Shown here: piece by piece, positions 30,902-40,540 of the stretch
Layout: every line of letters starts with the position of its first letter
Position numbering within the stretch: position 1 is the first letter of the stretch
NCBI GenBank assembly: GCA_023247795.1
Contig: JAHFFT010000006.1
Coordinates: 4,664-68,663, forward strand
Source of the DNA: Candidatus Omnitrophota bacterium
GTDB lineage: Bacteria; Omnitrophota; Gorgyraeia; Zapsychrales; JANLHA01
Direction of reading: 5' to 3'
DNA length: 64,000 nt
Notes under the pieces: model-generated
Seen by the model: the letters and a program-made list of their open reading frames with translations, nothing else
Database searches by the model: none
Told to the model about the DNA's origin: nothing
Made by a program: the position numbers and the translations under genes

Positions 30902-32830
30902 ATGATGCTAACAACTCAGAAAAATTTCATCAAACAGCCCGCGATCATTTCCGTTTTAACCCTTGTGTTTTTCTCTTCTTTGGTTACTGTCCCAAAAGTT
31001 TCTGCCTTACAGGACGTCGTGGATACGATGAAAGAAGACAAGGTCTCCCTCAATAAGGGCGACTTGGTTTCTTTGAAGGTTTCTCAGCTCACGCGGATCG
31101 CGATCAGCAACCCCGGCATCATTGACGTGGTTAACGCTGATGAGAAAGAGATTCTCATCATTGGGCGCGCGGTGGGTGAGACGCCGATTTTTATTTGGGA
31201 TGAAAACGGCAAACGAAAAATCATGGCCCGGGTCATGGAAGAGGAGTTGGATTCTTTGACGCAGAGAATCCAAGAGTTACTGGATGATGCGGATATCAAA
31301 GACGTTGATTTAAAAAAGAACAATTATGAAGGGAAGATCATTGCTTCGGGGCATATCCTTAAGCAAAAAAAGGACGAGTTTGAAAAAATCATGGGTCAGT
31401 TCAGCACCAATGTGATCAATATGGTCAAAGAGGAAGAAGATCTCGTCCAAATCGATGTGCAGATTTCGGAATTGAATACAACGCTTTCAAAAGAATTGGG
31501 TTTTGACTGGACGGCCGGAAGTTCCGATCATATCGTTTTGGGGTATCAGGAAGTGCTGCCGACGTTTGCCGGCCGCAGCGTCGAGGACTGGTTCAAGCTT
31601 GGCCGATTTGACCGGACCAACGCCATCTTGGCGACGGTGGACTTATTGATCCAAGAAGGAAAGGCGCGCACCTTATCGAAGCCGAGTATTCTTGTCTCTA
31701 ACGGTGAGGAAGCCTCATTTCACGTCGGAGGCGAAATCCCGGTCCGGACCACTACGACCTCAACCGGAGGCGCGTCGGTCCAGCAAAACGTGAGTTTTAA
31801 GCAATACGGTATTGATTTGACTGTTACGCCAGAGATCAAAGATGGAAAAGTGGACATGACATTGCATGTTTCCGTCCGCGATATTGATGCCGCGAACGCC
31901 GTCGGCGATGACGTGGCTTTTACCAACCGGCAAGCCAATACCAAAGTCCTTTTGGATGATAAACAAACCATCGTGATCGCCGGTCTCATCAAGCAGCAGC
32001 AGGGCGAGACGGTTAATCGAGTTCCATTTTTAAGTTCCATTCCTTTGGTAGGATTTCTTTTTCGACATACCGCTACTCCGACTCCCAATCAAGATCAGGA
32101 GTTGGTGGTTTCTTTGACACCCACCATTGTTCGGCAAAAACGACCGGGGCGGGATATTGGCCCGGAGCCTAATCGGCCAATTTCGGATCAGGTTAAAGAG
32201 GAAAAGCTTCCCGAGGTTAGTAAATTAGAGGAAGCGAAGAAAGCAGATGCCGTTGCAACGACTGAGAGCCAAGAGAGCCAAGCGGAGCAAAATTTAAATA
32301 ATGTCGATTTGCCGGAATTTGCAGAGCAGCCCGTCGCTGTGCCAGAGCAGCCGGCTGCGGTGGCCGCCCCTGAGGAGGAGCCAAGTGAACAAACCATTAC
32401 CTTAGCACCATACGGGGATGTTGATAATACGACGAACGTCGTTGCTGCCCCTGTTGCTCCTTCAGCCCAGCCCCAGGAAAGTCCAAAGGTGGCGGACGAA
32501 GGCTCTACCAATGCCATAGCCACTTATGTGCAAGCTATTCAAAAACGGATTTCAAATACCATTTCTTATCCTTATGAAGCCCGTGAGAACAATTGGCAGG
32601 GAACGGTCAAGTTGAATTTGGTTTTGGAGAAGGACGGTAACTTGAAAGAGGCGAAAGTGGAACAGTCGTCGGGATATGATGTTTTTGATAAGGACGCGGT
32701 CAATACGGCATTGATTTTGGCACCTTTCGATCCCTTTCCAGCTGAAATCGATTTGGAAGAGCTGGTTGTCACTGTTCCGATTGTTTATAGTCAGGAAGCG
32801 GTTTTTGGCGATAGCGAGCAGCAGAACTAG
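30902..32830 (+). CDS. cpaC: Tad secretin CpaC/RcpA with C-terminal TonB_C-like domain
   Basis: Secretin core ...VPFLSSIPLVGFLFRHT...VVSLTPTIVRQ, a Pro/Glu/Ala-rich linker, and a C-terminus YVQAIQKRISNTISYPYEARENNWQGTVKLNLVLEKDGNLKEAKVEQSSGYDVFDKDAVNTALILAPFDPFP that resembles TonB_C. Confidence 0.8.
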   Translation: MMLTTQKNFIKQPAIISVLTLVFFSSLVTVPKVSALQDVVDTMKEDKVSLNKGDLVSLKVSQLTRIAISNPGIIDVVNADEKEILIIGRAVGETPIFIWDENGKRKIMARVMEEELDSLTQRIQELLDDADIKDVDLKKNNYEGKIIASGHILKQKKDEFEKIMGQFSTNVINMVKEEEDLVQIDVQISELNTTLSKELGFDWTAGSSDHIVLGYQEVLPTFAGRSVEDWFKLGRFDRTNAILATVDLLIQEGKARTLSKPSILVSNGEEASFHVGGEIPVRTTTTSTGGASVQQNVSFKQYGIDLTVTPEIKDGKVDMTLHVSVRDIDAANAVGDDVAFTNRQANTKVLLDDKQTIVIAGLIKQQQGETVNRVPFLSSIPLVGFLFRHTATPTPNQDQELVVSLTPTIVRQKRPGRDIGPEPNRPISDQVKEEKLPEVSKLEEAKKADAVATTESQESQAEQNLNNVDLPEFAEQPVAVPEQPAAVAAPEEEPSEQTITLAPYGDVDNTTNVVAAPVAPSAQPQESPKVADEGSTNAIATYVQAIQKRISNTISYPYEARENNWQGTVKLNLVLEKDGNLKEAKVEQSSGYDVFDKDAVNTALILAPFDPFPAEIDLEELVVTVPIVYSQEAVFGDSEQQN

Positions 32831-32953
32831 GATCTTTTGACGGGCGGGTGTCTTTGAATTAGATTTAAAGCGCATGGCATATCTTGAAGTGTGAAGAAGC
32901 ACAGCTAAAAATTTTCTTCCAGAAGCATTCTATTTTTTAATCATCCCCTTCTT

Positions 32954-35116
32954 ATGGAATCAAGAACGATCACGGTTTTCAGCAATAAAGGCGGCGTTGG
33001 CAAGACCTTTATTGCGGTTAATCTCGCGACCGCCCTTGCCGCCACCGGCAAGCGGGTTCTGCTTTTGGATTTGGATTTTCAGGCCTACCACGATATGTCA
33101 AGGATGCTGAACTTGGTTCCCCGCCAATCTTTGGCCAATCTCATCTCGGAAATCGAATCCATGGAAGATCCCGAGACGATCACCAAATTTACAATCACGC
33201 ACGACAGCGGCTTGGATTTTTTGCCGGCGGTTGTTCATACCAAACAAATCGGACACATCACCGCGAGCAATATCAAACCGTTTTTTAAGAAGGCCAGGCA
33301 GATTTATGATTACATCATTGTCGACGCTGGCAAGGCCTTCAGCGAGATTCTGCTCACGGTCCTCGATCATTCCAATTTGATCCTTTTGGTCGCGACCCCC
33401 GACATCTTAGCAGTCTATCAAATCAAGTCGTGCTTGGAGTTGTTAACCAGTCTGCATTTCCCTTTGAAGATCGTTAAAGTGATTCTTAATCGCTCGGAGA
33501 GCCGTGGTGGTGTCGCCTGGCAAGAGGTGCGTTCAGCGCTTTCCTGTGAGATTTTTGGTCAGATCCCGTCGGACGGGAAGGCCGTTGGCATGGCGCTCAA
33601 TCGTGGCGTTCCAGTCGTAGTCGATAGTCCGAAGGCCGCTGTTTCGGAAGCGTTCAATAAAATGGCCAACGATCTTAAAAGGGATGAAATTTATGTCCAG
33701 GCCGCGGAATTGGCCAAGGTGCGGCAGTCCGAGGATTTGGACAAGTCCGTCAAATTTTGGGAAAAATTTGGGATCACTCAGCATTCGTTGGGGGGAGGGC
33801 ATGATTATTTCGCTAAGGAAGAAGATGAGATTGTTACGTTGAAGAAAAAAATCCATGAGAAGCTGGTGAACCGTTTGCACGTCGAGGATCTCAGTCCGGA
33901 GGTCTTAGGGGATCCGCACAAAGCCCAAGAGCTGAAGAACTCGGCGCAAAAGATCGTCGGGAATCTCTTGATGGAAGAAAAGGGCGGAATGATCGCCTCG
34001 CATGAAGAACGCAGCCGCATTGTTAAGGAGATTGTCGATGAAGCGCTGGGGCTGGGAGCACTTGAAGAATTTTTAGCCGATCCAGACGTGACCGACATCA
34101 TGGTGAACAGCAAAGAAGAGCTCTATATTGAAAAAAATGGCAAATTGATTTTGACCAACAAACGATTTTTATCCGATCAGCAGATGCGTTCGATTATGGA
34201 CCGGATCATCGCCCCGTTAGGCCGGCGGATTGATGAGTCAGTGCCCATGGTGGACGCCCGTCTTCCCGACGGGTCGCGGTTCAACGCGATCATCCCACCA
34301 TTGTCGTTGAACGGCCCGATGATTACGATTAGAAAATTTGGCGTTGAGCGATTGGAACTCAACGATTTGATGGAAAAATATCGCAGCTTCAGCCCGCCCA
34401 TGCAGGATTTTCTCAATGCCTGCGTGTTGGGCCGGCAGAATGTTGTGGTTTCCGGAGGGACCGGGGCGGGAAAAACGACTTTGCTCAATGTGTTGTCTTC
34501 GTTCATCCCCGATGATGAAAGGATCATCACCATTGAGGACGCGGCCGAATTGCGGCTGAAGAAACAGCATTGGGCGCGTCTGGAGGCCCGGCCGTCGAAC
34601 GTGGAAGGCCGCGGGTCGGTCTCCATCCGCGAGTTGTTTATCAATTCGCTGCGTATGCGGCCAGACCGCATCATCATTGGGGAATGCCGAGGGGCCGAGG
34701 TTTTGGATATGTTGCAGGCGATGAATACCGGCCACGATGGATCGATGACCACCTTGCACGCCAATTCAACACGGGATGTGATGGTTCGGATGAGTTCGAT
34801 GATTTTGTTGAGCGGTATCGAACTGCCGACCCACGCCATCAATCAAATGATCTCATCGGCCATTGACGTGATCGTGCACGTGGCCCGTCTCTCCGACGGG
34901 AGCCGCAAGATCACCGGCGTTACCGAAATTGTTGGAATGCTTCCGGATTATCAGTTGGACCTCAGAGACATTTTTTATTTTAAGCCTTCCGGCCGGTCCG
35001 AGGAGGGGGTGGTTTTAGGCGAATTTTTCGCGACCGGATACATCCCCAAATGCTATGACGACTTTATGACGATGGGTTTTAAGTTGGATAAGTCGATCTT
35101 CAATAAATCCACGTAA
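32954..35116 (+). CDS. fused CpaE/TadZ-like ParA/MinD ATPase plus CpaF/TadA secretion ATPase (720 aa)
   Basis: N-terminal NKGGVGKT deviant Walker A (MinD/ParA fold, about 260 aa). C-terminal VSGGTGAGKTTLLN...IITIEDAAEL...GHDGSMTTLHANS (VirB11/CpaF ATPase). Confidence 0.8.
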   Translation: MESRTITVFSNKGGVGKTFIAVNLATALAATGKRVLLLDLDFQAYHDMSRMLNLVPRQSLANLISEIESMEDPETITKFTITHDSGLDFLPAVVHTKQIGHITASNIKPFFKKARQIYDYIIVDAGKAFSEILLTVLDHSNLILLVATPDILAVYQIKSCLELLTSLHFPLKIVKVILNRSESRGGVAWQEVRSALSCEIFGQIPSDGKAVGMALNRGVPVVVDSPKAAVSEAFNKMANDLKRDEIYVQAAELAKVRQSEDLDKSVKFWEKFGITQHSLGGGHDYFAKEEDEIVTLKKKIHEKLVNRLHVEDLSPEVLGDPHKAQELKNSAQKIVGNLLMEEKGGMIASHEERSRIVKEIVDEALGLGALEEFLADPDVTDIMVNSKEELYIEKNGKLILTNKRFLSDQQMRSIMDRIIAPLGRRIDESVPMVDARLPDGSRFNAIIPPLSLNGPMITIRKFGVERLELNDLMEKYRSFSPPMQDFLNACVLGRQNVVVSGGTGAGKTTLLNVLSSFIPDDERIITIEDAAELRLKKQHWARLEARPSNVEGRGSVSIRELFINSLRMRPDRIIIGECRGAEVLDMLQAMNTGHDGSMTTLHANSTRDVMVRMSSMILLSGIELPTHAINQMISSAIDVIVHVARLSDGSRKITGVTEIVGMLPDYQLDLRDIFYFKPSGRSEEGVVLGEFFATGYIPKCYDDFMTMGFKLDKSIFNKST

Positions 35117-35117
35117 C

Positions 35118-35465
35118 GTGACCCGCATCATCAATCAAACCAAACAAACTGTTATCGCAACCGAAGGAAGAATCGCCGACACCATGGTCTCTCGCCTGGT
35201 AGGACTTTTAAACCGCGAATCGATGGCTCGACGAGAAGCTCTTATCATAACCCAATGCCGCGGCATTCACATGTTTTTTATGCGGTTCGCGATTGACGTG
35301 ATTTTTGTCGACGGGGACGATCGGATTGTTGGTTTGGTCAGAAATATTAAGCCGTTTTGTATCAGCCCGTATTTTTGGCAGGCATGCTCAGCGATTGAAT
35401 TGCCTTCTGGAGTGATTGATCAAACCCGGTGTGCGATGGGGGACAGGATTGTTATTGCTCCATAG
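35118..35465 (+). CDS. DUF192 family protein
   Basis: ...GLLNRESMARREALIITQCRGIHMFFMRFAIDVIFVDGDDRIVGL... fits the DUF192 (COG1430) pattern. Confidence 0.55.
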   Translation: MTRIINQTKQTVIATEGRIADTMVSRLVGLLNRESMARREALIITQCRGIHMFFMRFAIDVIFVDGDDRIVGLVRNIKPFCISPYFWQACSAIELPSGVIDQTRCAMGDRIVIAP

Positions 35466-35515
35466 GCCCTCAGTGTCCCAGTTTTTTTGGGCCTGGGCAA
35501 CGGGGACTCTCAAGA

Positions 35516-35758
35516 TTATTCTTCCATGACTCCAAAATCATTGATGGATTGGTCCAATTCATCCAGCCAGTGTTCGCAGAATTTGCAGTAGATGGCTGGT
35601 TTATTAATTTTTTTGCCGCAGTAAGTGCACGCCTTTTTATCGCTGTCGGGATAATCGATTTTCAGAAGATCATCAACGATGATGTTTTTGCAATGCGGGC
35701 ATTCTTTGCCCTCAGTGTCGGGGGAGACATCATCGAAGCAATAAGGACATTTATGCAT
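35516..35758 (-). CDS. double zinc-ribbon small protein
   Basis: CPYC...CPHC and CTYC...CKFC pairs in 80 aa. Confidence 0.5.
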   Translation of the reverse strand: MHKCPYCFDDVSPDTEGKECPHCKNIIVDDLLKIDYPDSDKKACTYCGKKINKPAIYCKFCEHWLDELDQSINDFGVMEE

Positions 35759-35863
35759 AGGAATCCTTGATTAAAGTGAATGGAAAAAGTTTAAGGTTAT
35801 GTCTTTCATCGCTAAGGTCATTATACAACAAGATTTTTAAAAGCGAAAAGAGAAGTTGTTTTT

Positions 35864-35924
35864 AGGGGACAGTCCCCTTATACTAGGGGACAGTCCCCTA
35901 GGCATTAAATGTCCATTCTGAATT
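35864..35924. repeat. two REPs (AGGGGACAGTCCCCT) followed by AAATGTCCATTCTGAATT
   Basis: Inverted orientation of the CAGAATGGACATT-N-AGGGGACAGTCCCCT composite found at 49966, 50662 and 51121. Lies 10 bp upstream of the ORF starting at 35936. Confidence 0.7.
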
Positions 35925-35935
35925 AGGGATTTTTT

Positions 35936-37720
35936 ATGGGAGTTATTCATAAACTCAAACAAGAAGTTGTACAGTTCATTGTCCAAAAGAAGAAGGATCT
36001 CCCGCAGGTCAGCTGTCGAAAGATGGCGGATTTTGTCCATACCGCATTTGAATTAAATCTCTCTAAGTCGGCGATTAACAACATTTTACAGAGATCGACG
36101 TTAAGTAGTCCGGTGGGCAGGCGGCCACAAGACCCCGGCCGAAAAGAATCGGTTGTTCAACAGGGTGTTAAAGCCAAATCTTTTAAAATTCCCGATCAGA
36201 AGAAAATATTAGGGGGACAGTCCCCAAAAAGGGACTGTCCCCCTCCTGGTTTTCCTCCTGTTCCCCCGCTTCAACCGTCTAAGTCTCCTCTTCCTCCGGT
36301 CGCACAGAGTCAGCGTAAATTCAGTGTGAAAAGAGCCTCTTCATTGCAGCCAAAAGAGGGACTGTCCCCTAAAGGGGACAGTCCCCCTAAGCTACCAAAG
36401 ACGCTTTATGATCATATGGGCAGCATTTTTCTAAAGGCGGCAGAATGGGAGATTTCCGACGGGCCACTTTTGGGAAAAATACTAAAGGATCATCTGCCGG
36501 CCGGATTTTCTCAGCAAGAGCTGGAGCAGGCCGGGGAAGTGCTTTTATTTTTGCAAGTATTTGGGATTAAAAGACTTGAAGATTTTATTCATTACACAAA
36601 AGACGGATTATGGGCGATTAACGGTCTAAAAACCAAAATCCCATTTTTCAAGATCAATGATTTAGCACGATTTTTGAATACCGTTTCGGGGGTAAGAGCA
36701 CAGCTGCAAATACACATTTCACAATTAGTTACAAAAGCAGCCTATATCAAGGTGGTCTTTAAAGCCGGTAATTGCTTATGGGTAGATGCCCTGGGCGCCG
36801 GGCTGAGTTCTGCGAAGAGAAAAGGGCCCAATTTTTCGTCCATCAACCAGATCACCACAACAATGATCAATCAATGGTTAATGCCGCGTGAGCCGCTGAT
36901 TCTGGGTGCTGTTCAGGATGGCCAATCGCTTTATCATTTGGCGGCAGGCTTTGCTAATGACACGAATCGAAAATTACATAAGATCATGGCTTTTGGTTAT
37001 GACGATCAAGAGATCATTGCCTTTGATTCCTTCATTGACACAAAACGATCATTTCTCGTCGGACTATGGCCGTCGCAGGAGTTTTATCAGCAACTTTTTG
37101 GATCGCAAGATTTTGTTTATAAGAAAAATTTTGAAATGACCGATGGCCATAAGCAGGTTGCCTATGATGAAATGACCGTTAAAATCAAAGATCCGGTTGG
37201 GGAGTTACATCCCATTTCGTTAAGGGCGGTGGGGTTTGAAATGCCAGGGAACCAGCCGCAAATGGGCGTTATTTTAACCAATATGAGTGATAAGGAAATG
37301 ACAGCAGCGGGACTCATCAGTGCTTATGTTCAGCGCTGGCCCTGTTTTCAAGAATCGAAATCGCTACAAAATTTTCTGCAACCCAATGTCTCGGAAGAGT
37401 ATGTGTCTCAAGATGAAAATATTTCCAACGATTTATCCGAGGCCAATGATTTGCATATTGCACTTAACTATTTGAATCGCTACGGCCAAGAGGCCTTTTT
37501 TCCATCAGCATACGGCGATTTAGACCTATCATCAATGACATCAATATTTTACAACATAGCCGGATATTTACAGTGTACCAAAGAGCTGGTAAAAGTTGAA
37601 CTGATTATGCCAAGGGAAGATTATCCTTATCAAAATGATTTGGCTCTGGCGGTCAGGAAGGTCAATGAGCGCAATATCAGCGATTTTCAGGGAAGAAAAT
37701 TATTTTTGTCATGTTTATAA
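35936..37720 (+). CDS. 594-aa transposase-like protein (N-terminal HTH; C-terminal Y-x2-R-W...E...K like the IS4/IS1634 C1 motif) carrying two in-frame REP insertions
   Basis: REP doublets at 36212-36243 and 36358-36387 are translated as ...GGQSPKRDCPPPG... and ...KEGLSPKGDSPPK.... The YVQRWPCFQESK block resembles DDE-transposase C1. The family call is tentative. Confidence 0.35.
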   Translation: MGVIHKLKQEVVQFIVQKKKDLPQVSCRKMADFVHTAFELNLSKSAINNILQRSTLSSPVGRRPQDPGRKESVVQQGVKAKSFKIPDQKKILGGQSPKRDCPPPGFPPVPPLQPSKSPLPPVAQSQRKFSVKRASSLQPKEGLSPKGDSPPKLPKTLYDHMGSIFLKAAEWEISDGPLLGKILKDHLPAGFSQQELEQAGEVLLFLQVFGIKRLEDFIHYTKDGLWAINGLKTKIPFFKINDLARFLNTVSGVRAQLQIHISQLVTKAAYIKVVFKAGNCLWVDALGAGLSSAKRKGPNFSSINQITTTMINQWLMPREPLILGAVQDGQSLYHLAAGFANDTNRKLHKIMAFGYDDQEIIAFDSFIDTKRSFLVGLWPSQEFYQQLFGSQDFVYKKNFEMTDGHKQVAYDEMTVKIKDPVGELHPISLRAVGFEMPGNQPQMGVILTNMSDKEMTAAGLISAYVQRWPCFQESKSLQNFLQPNVSEEYVSQDENISNDLSEANDLHIALNYLNRYGQEAFFPSAYGDLDLSSMTSIFYNIAGYLQCTKELVKVELIMPREDYPYQNDLALAVRKVNERNISDFQGRKLFLSCL

Positions 37721-38312
37721 TACGAATACTAATATATAACAATTCTGTAACTTGACATTTAAAATAAGAGCATGTTATACTTTAAAAGTGAAGAGGGGGG
37801 AGATCTGGCTGCTTATCAGGAGCAGGGAATGATTGTAAGTTTTTTTGAACAAATAAGATACATATTCCAGAATGGCCTCGCATTTCTTTTTTTAAGATAT
37901 CATCCTTTTGAACATCATCTCCATCCATCGCGGGCTGGAGATTTTTTATTGACTGCAAAGTCTTTCGAGAAAAGGCGTGTTGCAAGCGATCTGACCTTGC
38001 TTTTAGCAGGGATGATTCTGTGGGCCCATCCAGTGGTCTGCAGATGCCGGCTGCAAAATTTGGCCGGTAATAGAGTCCGAGAGTGAATTCTGCTTGAAGC
38101 GCGGGGATGCTTTAAGGCGGACAAGGGTTATTTGAAACGTTAGGACAGAAACATTTGAACAAAGGCGACAACAGCAAATTTTTAAAAAAATCAGGCCTTT
38201 GATCAGAGAAGTTTGGTCTTAACCGCAAATGACTTAAGAAAAGGGTTCACACCTGAAGGGATTTGTAAAGTTGTTTTAGCAACGTTAGTAGTCATTTTGA
38301 AGGAGGATAGCA

Positions 38313-38543
38313 ATGTATAAGAAAAGGAATCAAAAAAAGAAAGGGCAGAGTACGCTGGAATATATCATTTTAGTCACCGGTGTGATCGCCGTTCTTATTA
38401 TTTTTTTAAAGCCGGATACAGGTATTTTCACCCAGGCCTTCAATGGTGTTTTGGGTAGCGCCAAAGACGGCATGGTTAATATGTCAAACCGGTTATCGGG
38501 ATCTTGGCCTTCGGATCAAGTGGGTACAAAAACCGGGGGATAA
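38313..38543 (+). CDS. Flp/Tad-type prepilin A (76 aa)
   Basis: Leader MYKKRNQKKKG, then QSTLEYIILVTGVIAVLIIF (Gly at -1, Glu at +5 class-III prepilin motif). GGAGG RBS. Confidence 0.7.
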   Translation: MYKKRNQKKKGQSTLEYIILVTGVIAVLIIFLKPDTGIFTQAFNGVLGSAKDGMVNMSNRLSGSWPSDQVGTKTGG

Positions 38544-38578
38544 GATCAGCAAAGAAATTAAAAACGGAGGAACAATCC

Positions 38579-39010
38579 ATGTTTAGAAAGTTAATGAAGA
38601 ATAAGAAAGCGCAGCAGACCGCGGAGTACGCGTTGCTGATTTCGCTGGTGGTCGCGGCGGTGATCGCGATGCAGACTTACGCTCAGCGCGCGATTCAAGG
38701 ACGTATCCGCGATGCCTCGTCGTATTTGGTTGAGAAAACACCGGAACTCGGAGACATTAATCAATACGAACCTTATTATCTAAAAACCGATTATCATATT
38801 GACTCTTTTGATGAAACGACCGAGAGTCATACGAATGAAATCAAAGGCGGTAAATTCGAGTCTGACACCTACTCTGAACGCACCAGACAGAAAGATGGGT
38901 TTCAGGCTTCAGATTATAAGTCGGTTGTGACTGAAGATAGTTTTAAGCCCAGTGGAGGATCGGGCACCAGTACCGGAGGAACGCCTCCAGCTGGCGGCAC
39001 GACCCCGTAA
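38579..39010 (+). CDS. TadE-like pseudopilin B
   Basis: MFRKLMKNKKA/QQTAEYALLISLVVAAVIAM (TadE-type N-terminus). GGAGG RBS at 38565. Confidence 0.65.
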   Translation: MFRKLMKNKKAQQTAEYALLISLVVAAVIAMQTYAQRAIQGRIRDASSYLVEKTPELGDINQYEPYYLKTDYHIDSFDETTESHTNEIKGGKFESDTYSERTRQKDGFQASDYKSVVTEDSFKPSGGSGTSTGGTPPAGGTTP

Positions 39011-39073
39011 TAGAGGATGCTAAATTGATCCAATTCTCTTTGCAGAGAAATTAAATTGAGGAGGAGGCGAGAC

Positions 39074-39397
39074 ATGTTTAAATTTTTAAGGAAGATGAAA
39101 GGGCAGAGCACCCTGGAATACGCGGTTTTGATCATCATTGTCATTGGTGCTTTGTTGTCCATACAAATGTATATTAAGCGCGGCATCCAAGGTCGTCTAC
39201 GAAGTGCTGCCGACGATATCGGCGATCAGTATGATCCAGGTAACGTCAATTATCGTGTTCACACAACTGTTGTTAGTAACACGCACGATACATTTATAGA
39301 CGGGAAAACCAATTCGACCTTATTGCAGCCGGAAAAAACAATCACAACGGTCAATTCCGAGATTGTTAACGCGGAGCAGACCTTTTGGGGGAGATGA
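39074..39397 (+). CDS. prepilin-like protein C (GDQYDP family)
   Basis: MFKFLRKMKG/QSTLEYAVLIIIVIGALLSI...DDIGDQYDPGN. GAGGAGG RBS. Confidence 0.65.
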   Translation: MFKFLRKMKGQSTLEYAVLIIIVIGALLSIQMYIKRGIQGRLRSAADDIGDQYDPGNVNYRVHTTVVSNTHDTFIDGKTNSTLLQPEKTITTVNSEIVNAEQTFWGR

Positions 39398-39469
39398 TTG
39401 GATCTTCATGATACCCGCAAAATGGAGAAGCATTTTGTTAAGTTAACAAGAGGGCCCAGGAGGACAGCA

Positions 39470-39700
39470 ATGATAAAGAAAAGGAATCAAAAAAAGAAAG
39501 GGCAGAGCACGCTGGAATATATCATTTTGGTCACCGGTGTGATCGCCGTTCTTATTATTTTTTTAAAACCGAATGGAGGCATTTTTACCAAGGCCTTCGA
39601 TGGTGTTTTGAATAGCGCCAAAGACGGCATGGTTAATATGTCAAACCGGTTATCGGGATCTTGGCCTTCGGATCAAGTGGGTACAAAAACCGGGGGATAA
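39470..39700 (+). CDS. prepilin A' (paralog of 38313)
   Basis: MIKKRNQKKKGQSTLEYIILVTGVIAVLIIFL..., nearly identical to A. Confidence 0.7.
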   Translation: MIKKRNQKKKGQSTLEYIILVTGVIAVLIIFLKPNGGIFTKAFDGVLNSAKDGMVNMSNRLSGSWPSDQVGTKTGG

Positions 39701-39735
39701 GATCAGCAAAGAAATTAAAAACGGAGGAACAATCC

Positions 39736-40119
39736 ATGTTTAGAAAGTTAATGAAGAATAAGAAAGCGCAGCAGACCGCGGAGTACGCGTTGCTGATTTC
39801 GCTGGTGGTGGCAGCGGTGATCGCGATGCAGACCTACGCCCAGCGCGCGATTCAAGGACGTATCCGCGGCGCATCGGCGTGGCTGGTTTCCGCGACAAAT
39901 GAGATTGGAACAACGAACCAGTATGAACCGTATTATTTGGACACCAAATATGAAATTGACAGCTATGATAAAACCACGGAGGTTCATACGAATCAAGCCG
40001 GCACCGGCGGTAAGTTTGACACCGATACTTATTCTGAGCGCACCAGAAAAGCGGGTGGTGCCCAAGTTTCAACGTATGATATGCCTATAAAGACCGATGA
40101 AACACAGTGGAAAAATTAA
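39736..40119 (+). CDS. TadE-like pseudopilin B' (paralog of 38579)
   Basis: N-terminal 60 aa identical to B. The C-terminal half has diverged. Confidence 0.65.
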   Translation: MFRKLMKNKKAQQTAEYALLISLVVAAVIAMQTYAQRAIQGRIRGASAWLVSATNEIGTTNQYEPYYLDTKYEIDSYDKTTEVHTNQAGTGGKFDTDTYSERTRKAGGAQVSTYDMPIKTDETQWKN

Positions 40120-40207
40120 TAACCGCTGAGGGTGTTCAGATTTCAAGCGGAGGTTAAGAGGATTAAAATCTCTTTTTAGAGAAATTCAATTAAGGAGGAG
40201 GCAAGAC

Positions 40208-40540
40208 ATGTTTAAATTTTTAAGGAGGATGAAAGGGCAAAGCACCCTGGAATACGCGGTATTGATTATCATTGTCATCGGGGCCTTGCTGTCGATACAA
40301 ATGTATATCAAGCGTGGTATCCAAGGCCGGTTGCGCAGTGCGGCCGACGACATCGGCGATCAGTACGATCCAGGTAACACCAATTATGTTAGAACAACCG
40401 AGGTTGCCAGCAATACGAGGGATACTTTTAAAGCCGGCATTACGAATTCTGTTTTACTAGATGATGAGACGACCACGACAATTGTGAATAGTACAATTAT
40501 CAATGCCGAGCAGACCTTTTGGGGAAATGAGAAAAAGTAG
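40208..40540 (+). CDS. prepilin-like protein C' (paralog of 39074)
   Basis: MFKFLRRMKGQSTLEYAVLIIIVIGALLSIQMYIKRGIQGRLRSAADDIGDQYDPGN. C-terminus diverged. Confidence 0.65.
   Translation: MFKFLRRMKGQSTLEYAVLIIIVIGALLSIQMYIKRGIQGRLRSAADDIGDQYDPGNTNYVRTTEVASNTRDTFKAGITNSVLLDDETTTTIVNSTIINAEQTFWGNEKK

Noticed and set aside
34177-34866. Long antisense ORFs 34177..34842(-) and 34238..34759(-) inside the CpaF-like ATPase region
   Set aside because: The plus-strand frame encodes intact Walker A, Asp-box and His-box motifs. The antisense frames are Arg/Pro-rich artefacts of GC-rich codons.
37721-38312. ORFs 37772..38086(+), 37782..37985(-) and 37915..38124(-) between the transposase-like gene and the pilin cassette
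   Set aside because: They overlap one another, have no RBS and no motifs. The region more likely holds the promoter or leader of the pilin operon.
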